64,000 nt of DNA from the human T2T-CHM13v2.0 reference genome, Homo sapiens, in assembly GCF_009914755.1 (NCBI RefSeq), contig NC_060936.1; one strand, 5' to 3'. The notes beneath the pieces were generated by a model. The model was given only the letters and a program-made list of their open reading frames with translations. It made no database searches and was not told the origin of the DNA. This document shows positions 55,690 to 64,000 of this stretch, one piece after another; the first letter of the stretch is position 1, and each line of letters begins with the position of its first letter. Position numbers and translations under genes: made by a program.

Positions 55690-56845
55690 AATACTAGCAA
55701 ACTGAATCCAATAGTACATGAGAAAGATGATACATCATGATCAAGTGGGTTTCATTCCAGGGGTGGTTCAACATATGCACATCAATAAATGTAAGACACC
55801 ATATTAACAGAATGAAGGAAAAAAGACCCACATGATCATCTCAATAGATGCAGAAAAAGCATTTGACAAAATTCAACATCCTTTCATGATAAAAACTCTC
55901 AACAAATTAGGCATAGAAGGATGGTACTGCAACACAATAAAGGCCACGTATGACAAGGCCACAGCTAACATCATACTTAGTGGTGAAAAGTTGAAAACTT
56001 TTCCTTTAAGATGAGGAACAAGACAAAGATGCCCACTCTCACCACTTCTATTCAACATAATAATACTGGAAGTCCTAGCCAGAGCAATTAAGCAAGTTTT
56101 AAAAAGTTATCCAAATAGGAAAGGAAGAAGTGAAATTTTCTCTGTTTGCTGATAACATGATCTTATATATAGAAAATCCTAAAGACCACCAAAATCTATT
56201 ACAACTGATAAACTAATTCAGTAAAGTTGCAGGACACAAAATCAACCCACAAAAATGAGTAGCATTTATTTACACTAACAATGAACTATCTGAAAGAGAA
56301 ATTAAGAAATCAGTCCCTTTTACAATAGCATCAAAAAACTAAAATAAAATACTTAGGAATAAATTTAATGATCTAAACTGAGAACTCATAAAACATTGAT
56401 AAAAGAAATAGTTGGTGACACAAATAAATGGAAAGATATCTTGTGTTCATGGATTGGAATAATTAATATTGTTAAAATGACCATACTACCCAAAGCAATC
56501 TACAAATTCAATGCAATTGCTATCAAAATGCCAATGTCATTTTTTATGGAAATGGAAAAAACAATCCTAAAATTCATATGGAACCACAAAAGACCCTGAA
56601 TAGCCAAAGCAATCTTGAGCAAGAAGAACAAAGCTGGAGGCACCACAATGCATGATATAAAAATCTGTTACAAAGCTACAGTAACCAAAACAGCATGGTA
56701 CTGGCATAAAAACGGACACATAGAGCAATGGCTCAGGAGAGAAACCTGAGAAATAAACCCACTCATTTACAGCCAGTTGATTTTCGACAAAGGTGCCAAG
56801 AACACACAGTGGAGAAAGAACAGCCTTGTTAATAAATAGTGTTGC
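55690..56845 (+). mobile_element. L1 ORF2 fragment (reverse-transcriptase region), degenerate
   Basis: ORF remnants [32 protein letters not shown] (decayed FADD) and [26 protein letters not shown]. Confidence 0.95.
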
Positions 56846-58332
56846 CAAAGAGGAAAAAGGGAATTACTTTCAAAATCATCATTAGCATTAGACTTCTCAT
56901 TAACAAAAGTATATATGTAATAGAAGACAATGGAATAATATGTTCAAAATTATGAGGAAAAATGTATTTTTGAATCTGGCCCTCTAAATACAGTCTAATC
57001 AGCATTCCAGTAGTCAAGCAAAATAGAGACATTTCCAAGTGTTTAAGGACCCATAAAGTTTACTCCCCAACATAAGTCTTCCCTGGAGCAATTACTCAGG
57101 CTGTACTTCCACAGAATGAAAAATGAATCAAAGAAATAGAATGAGCAGAGTAATGATATGAGTAAAAAATAATGAAGTTTATAGTTATGAGTTATGAACA
57201 AGGACATTATAAAGTTTATATAAAGTCTAGATACTTGTTAAGGGGAAAATGTACAAAACCTTAATGACAATTTGGAAGTAATATTTTATGTTATCTCTAC
57301 AAGGTAGGAAGTGAGGTGGTAGAAGAATGAGAAACATGAAACCATGCTAAGATTCTTCTCTTGTTTGGGGATAAGAGTATATACTGTTTAATTCTGTACA
57401 TAACTAAGGGAAAAGTGTGTATACATATATATGTTAAAGATTTAAAGGTCAATCACTAAAAAAATAGAAATGGAATGTATATATTCTAAACCACTAGAGG
57501 AAAAAAATGGATGGATAAAACTTAGCAATCCATCAAAAGGAAGCTAAAGTAAAAGTAGAAAAATAAATAAAACATGGAAATTAGAATAATAAAATGAGAT
57601 GGCAGGAATAAGAACAAAGATAATAATTGCTAAACTTATTGAGGTAAAGTTCACTATTAAAACATAGATACTCTGATGTTGGCTTTAAGAAATCTAGCTC
57701 TAGCCTGTTTATAACAGCTACAGTAAAACAAAATGGCCTAAAGAAAATGCAAATAAAAGGATGGAAAAACGAATACCATGTAAGGCTCACAATGTAGACG
57801 TAATAATAGCAGTAGCAAAAGAAATAGAATTCCAGGTGAAAGGCATTAAACAAGACAAAGAGGGATTTTATATTGATAAAAGGTATAATCCATCAAAAAT
57901 ATATAATAGTCATAAAACTACATGAGCCTAACAATATAGTTTGGAAATGTATCAATTACATACCAATAGAAGTATAAGGAGAACACACACACACACACAC
58001 ACTGGAAGATTTAATACAGGTAGAGCATGACAGACCAAATAGACCAAAATAGAAAAAAGGGTAAAGAATATCTAAATAATACAATTAACAGACTTGAACT
58101 TATCGAGTTATACTCAGTAAATGGCCAAAAAAAACACATTCTTTTTAAACACCTCAGAAACATTCACAAAAATTAGCCAAGATTTAAGTCACAAAGAATT
58201 TAACAAATTCTACAACTGCCCCTACTTTGATATAGCCAAATTAGAAATTAGCCATAAAAACAAAAACCCCTCCAAAATCTACTTAAAAATTTGGCACTCT
58301 TCTTAGTAACTCAAAGCTGAAACTACAATCTA

Positions 58333-59505
58333 CAGTCATGCACCACATGATGACATTTCAGCCAATGACAGACTGCCTAAAATTAAAATGGAGCTGAAAA
58401 CTTCCTATCACCCAGTGACGCTATAGCATCAAAATGCAGTGCAGTGCCTTACTCAGGTGTTCGTGGTGCTGCCAGTCATAGATAAGTATGGCCCATACAA
58501 TTATGTACAGTACATAATATTTGATAATGAGAATAAATGACTGTGTCACCGGTTTATGTCTTTACTGCACTATACTTTTATCATTATTTTGCAGTGTACT
58601 GCTTCTACTTATTTTTTTTAAGTTAACCGTAAAACAGCCTTAGGCAGGTCCTGCAGGAGGTATTCCAGAAGAAGGCATTGTTATCATAGGAGATGACAGC
58701 TCCATGCATGTTAGTGCCCCTGAAGACCTTCCGATAGGACAAGATGTGGAGGTGGAAGACAGTGATGTTGATGATCCTGACCTTGAGTAGGCCTAGGCTA
58801 ATGTGTGGGTTTGTGTCTCAGCTTTTAACAAAAAAACTAAAATTAAAAAAAAAAAGTTCAATATTAAAAAAACATAAAATAAGGATATGAAGAAAAATAT
58901 TCTGCACAGCTGTACAATGTGTATTTTAAGTTGCGTTATTACAAAAGAGTCCAAAAGTTAAAAAAAATTTAAAAGTTTATAAAGTAAAAATGTTACATTA
59001 AGCTGAAGTTAATTTATTACTGAAGAAAGAAAAGTACTTTTTATAAATTTGTGTAGCCTAAGTTTATAGTGTTTCTAGTCTCCAGTGGTGTACGGTAGCG
59101 TGCAGTCATGTCCTAGGCCCTCACAGTCACTCACCACTCACTCACTGCCCCACCCAGAACAACTTTCAGTCCTGCAAGCTCCACTCATGGTATGTGCCCT
59201 CTACAGGTGCACCGTATTTAAATATTTTTTACTGTTCCTTTTTTACTGTTCCTATTTTTACTGTTCCTTTTCAGTGTTTAGATATGTTTAGATACACAAA
59301 TACTTACCATTGTGTTCCAGTTTCCTGCAATATTCAGTACAGTCACATGCTGTATAAGCTTGTAGCCTAGGAGCAGTAGGCTGTACCACAGAGCTGAGGT
59401 GTGTAATAGCTACGGCATCTAGGTTTGTGTGAGTCCACTCTATGCTGTTTGCACAACAGAATTGCCTAACCATGCATCTCCCCACTGTTAAGTGACACAG
59501 GACTG
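58333..59505 (+). mobile_element. Tigger3 (GOLEM, Tigger3b-sized) TcMar DNA transposon
   Basis: Boundaries TA|CAGTCATGCACCACATGATGAC ... GTTAAGTGACACAGGACTG|TA give a TA TSD and CAGTC termini; ~1.17 kb. Confidence 0.9.
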
Positions 59506-60528
59506 TACTTAGAAATGAGGGCCAGGGCACCAGATCTTAAATGTATGAGATGCATCAATCAGCACCAAAGAAAAAATTCAGAGCCTGAAATTTATTTATT
59601 TATCTAAAAAGCTGTATATTAAATAAGCTAATAGATGGGGAAAAGAATAGTAAAATAATCCCAGAATATGAAGGAATGCATTTTTAAAAATAAAAGCATA
59701 AATTAATAAAATATGGATTTTATCAATAAACCCTAAAGCTGATCCTTTGAAAAGACCAATAAACAGACAAACCATCAAATCCAATTTTTTAAAAAAAAAA
59801 CACAACAACATCAGAAATGCAAAAAGCAACATAATTACAGATGTGGAAGTGATTTTTAGAATGATAAGAGAATTTCATGCCTCTGTTTTGTGGCACTTCA
59901 GAGGTGATCATCTACTTCAAGATGAAGCAGAAAGTCTCCTTCCCAGCCAGTGGCTGCCAGAAACTCATTGAAGTGGACAGTGAATGCAAACCATACCTTT
60001 TATGAGAAGCATATGGCCTCAGAAGTCGCTGGTGCCACTCTGGGTGAAGAATGGAAGGCTTATGTGGGTGGAATCAATGGTACAAATGACAAGCGAGGTT
60101 TCCCTATGAAGCAGTGTGTCCTGACCTGTGGTTGTGTCCACCTGCTACTGCATACGGGGCATTCTGTTATAGACCAAGGAGAACTGCAGAAGGAAAGCAC
60201 AGATTGTTCAGAGTTGCATTGTGGGTGCCAGTCTGACTTCTTAATTTGGTTTTTGTACAAAAAGATGGGGGGGAGAGAAAGATATTTCTAGACTGACTGA
60301 TACTACTGTGCCTTTTCACCTGGGGTCCAAAAGAGATGGCACGGTCCGATAACTTTTCATTCTCCATAAAGATGATGTCCATCAGTGAGTAAACCCCTAA
60401 ACAAAGGATGTCAGGAACCCAGGACCAAAGCACCCAAGACTCGGCATCTTCTTACTCCACATGTCCTGCAACACAAATGCTGATGTATTGCTCTGAAGAA
60501 ACAGAACACTAAAAAAAAAAATAAGTAA

Positions 60529-61301
<773 letters not shown>

Positions 61302-61945
61302 GATTTTTCTAAGAGTAGCAGACAAATAATATCAGACTTTTAAAAAGAAGACAGAGAACATCATGAACAAATATGCAAATATATTTGAAAACCTAAATGA
61401 AGCAGACGCTTTTATGTAGAAAATAAGAATTATAAAATTATCTTAAGAATTAAAAAAAAACAACTACAACAGAAATTGAAAAGGTAGTTGAAAATTTAGC
61501 CTTTGAAAAGGCCCAAGGTTCAATATTTTTATTTGTGAGGTCTACCAGCCTATCAAGGAGTGGATCATTCCAATGTTATATAAACTTTCCAGGAACAGAA
61601 AGATGTAGAAAACCTCTTCACCCACTCCATAAGACTAATATAAAGCTAATGCCAATGAGAAAAAGAGAAAAAAGCAAGCAGTTATAAATATGAAAATATG
61701 TACACATAACTGTCATTGTTTGCAGACAACAGGCTAATTCAAGTAGAAAATCCATGCAAATTAACTAAAAACCCTTTAGGACAATAGAATTAATAAAGTG
61801 GAAGATTAAAAGATTAACAAAGAAAAATAATTGCTTCCCTGTACTGGTAATAACTAATTAGTAAATGTAATAGACAAGATCTTATGCTATCACTTTTTCA
61901 ATGTTATTATTTTGTAACTCTTACCCAATAAAATAAGACAGGAAA

Positions 61946-62240
61946 GGCCGGGCGCAGTGGCTCACGCCTGTAATCCCAGCACTTCGGGAGGCCAAGGCGG
62001 GTGGATCACGAGGTCAGGAGATCGAGACCATCCTGGCTAACACCGTGAAACCCCGTCTCTACTAAAAATACAAAAAATTAGCCGGGCGTGGTAGCAGGCG
62101 CCTGTAGTCCCAGCTACTCAGGAGGCTAAGGTGGGAGAATCTCTTGAACCCAGGAGATGGAGGTTGTAGTGAGCCAAGATTGCGCCACTGCACTGCAGTC
62201 TGGGGGACAGAGAAAGACCCCATCTCAAAAAAAAAAAAAC
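61946..62240 (+). mobile_element. Alu with Y/Sc8-type left arm and a diverged older-type right arm
   Basis: gagatcgagaccatcctggctaacac in the left arm; perfect TSD aagacaggaaa. Confidence 0.93.
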
Positions 62241-63240
62241 AAGACAGGAAAAATAAATCAAAGGATAAGAATTGGAGAGGAAGAAACAAAATTAAATGCC
62301 AAAAAAGTTGATTGCCTGTGTATATATACAAGAAAAATTACAGAAAATTGCTAAAACTGATAGGATAGTTTAGCAAATATTCTGTAATATGAAATCAATT
62401 GTATTCCCTCTATATCAGCAGCAAATGGACATAGCTTTTAAAATATAATGTTGAAACTATACCATTTTAAATGTACAACAAAATAAAAGGAGAGAGATGC
62501 CACGTTTCTGGCCAGGAGACTTAATATCCTAAAGATGTCAGGATTCTGCAAATGAATCGACATCTCAGTGCAATTGTAATAAGACTCCCAACAGGATTAT
62601 TCACAGAGGCTGAAACTGATTCTACGGTGTCTATGGAATAGAAAAGGAAACTGAATAGCCAAGACAAATGTTGAAGAACAACAGGTTGGCAGGACTCCTG
62701 CACTGTGAGAGGGCAGGACTTACTATAAGGCAACTTACTATGCAGACAACACAGTACTTCTGTACCAAGATAAACAAATAAACCTGAGGAATGCAATGAC
62801 AAGGCTAGAACAAGACCCACACATCTACGCAAATACAACTTACGGCAGAAGAAATATTTCAATTAAGTAGGTGAAGATGTACTATTCAATAAATAGTATT
62901 AACAAAATGACTTATCTATGCAGAAAAAATAAAAGCATATTTCTACCTCATATCAAACATGAAAATAAATTTCAGGTCAATAAGTTATTGTGGAAAAACA
63001 AAACTTTAGAACCTTTAGAAGAACACAGAAAAGAATGTCTTTATGACCTAAAATAGAGAAAGATTTTTTAAACGTGATGCAAAAAGCACAGAACATAGAG
63101 GAAAAAACTATAAATTTGACCTCATTGAAATAAAAAACTTAGATTCACCAAAATACACCGTAAATAATACCAGAGACAACCCACAAATTGGAAGAAGATA
63201 TTTCTGTTGCATATAACTAACAAAGGGTTAAGAATAGACA

Positions 63241-64000
<760 letters not shown>

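Noticed and set aside
59950-60291. 113-aa ORF with RPS6-like segments as a possible functional retrogene
   Set aside because: Frameshifted relative to the true start at 59922, with many substitutions and two Alu insertions.

Overview
Mammalian, almost certainly human, genomic DNA (Alu-containing; translated exons match human Cav1.2 as I recall it). The whole window lies inside CACNA1C (L-type Ca2+ channel alpha-1C) on the + strand. Fourteen coding exons are resolved with GT-AG boundaries and matching phases: exons 23-36 in the conventional numbering where 21/22 and 31/32 are the mutually exclusive pairs. They encode repeat III S2-S3 through the repeat IV pore loop. The alternatively spliced IVS3-S4 module is present: exons 31/32, a 32-6nt donor, exon 33/33L and a +66 nt exon 34 acceptor. 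Introns hold 8 Alus, MIR/L2/L1 relics, a MER39-like solo LTR, Tigger3, a processed RPS6 pseudogene nested in an old L1, a 65-bp minisatellite, a 33-bp triplication, microsatellites and two local duplications. I see no evidence of a new protein-coding system; the long ORFs in the track are noise. The best candidates for undescribed biology are at the splicing level. One is a 54-nt in-frame cryptic exon in a UG repeat that would lengthen the IIIS3-S4 linker. Another is a hairpin array plus distant branch point between exons 31 and 32. The structured intron-29 VNTR is a third candidate.
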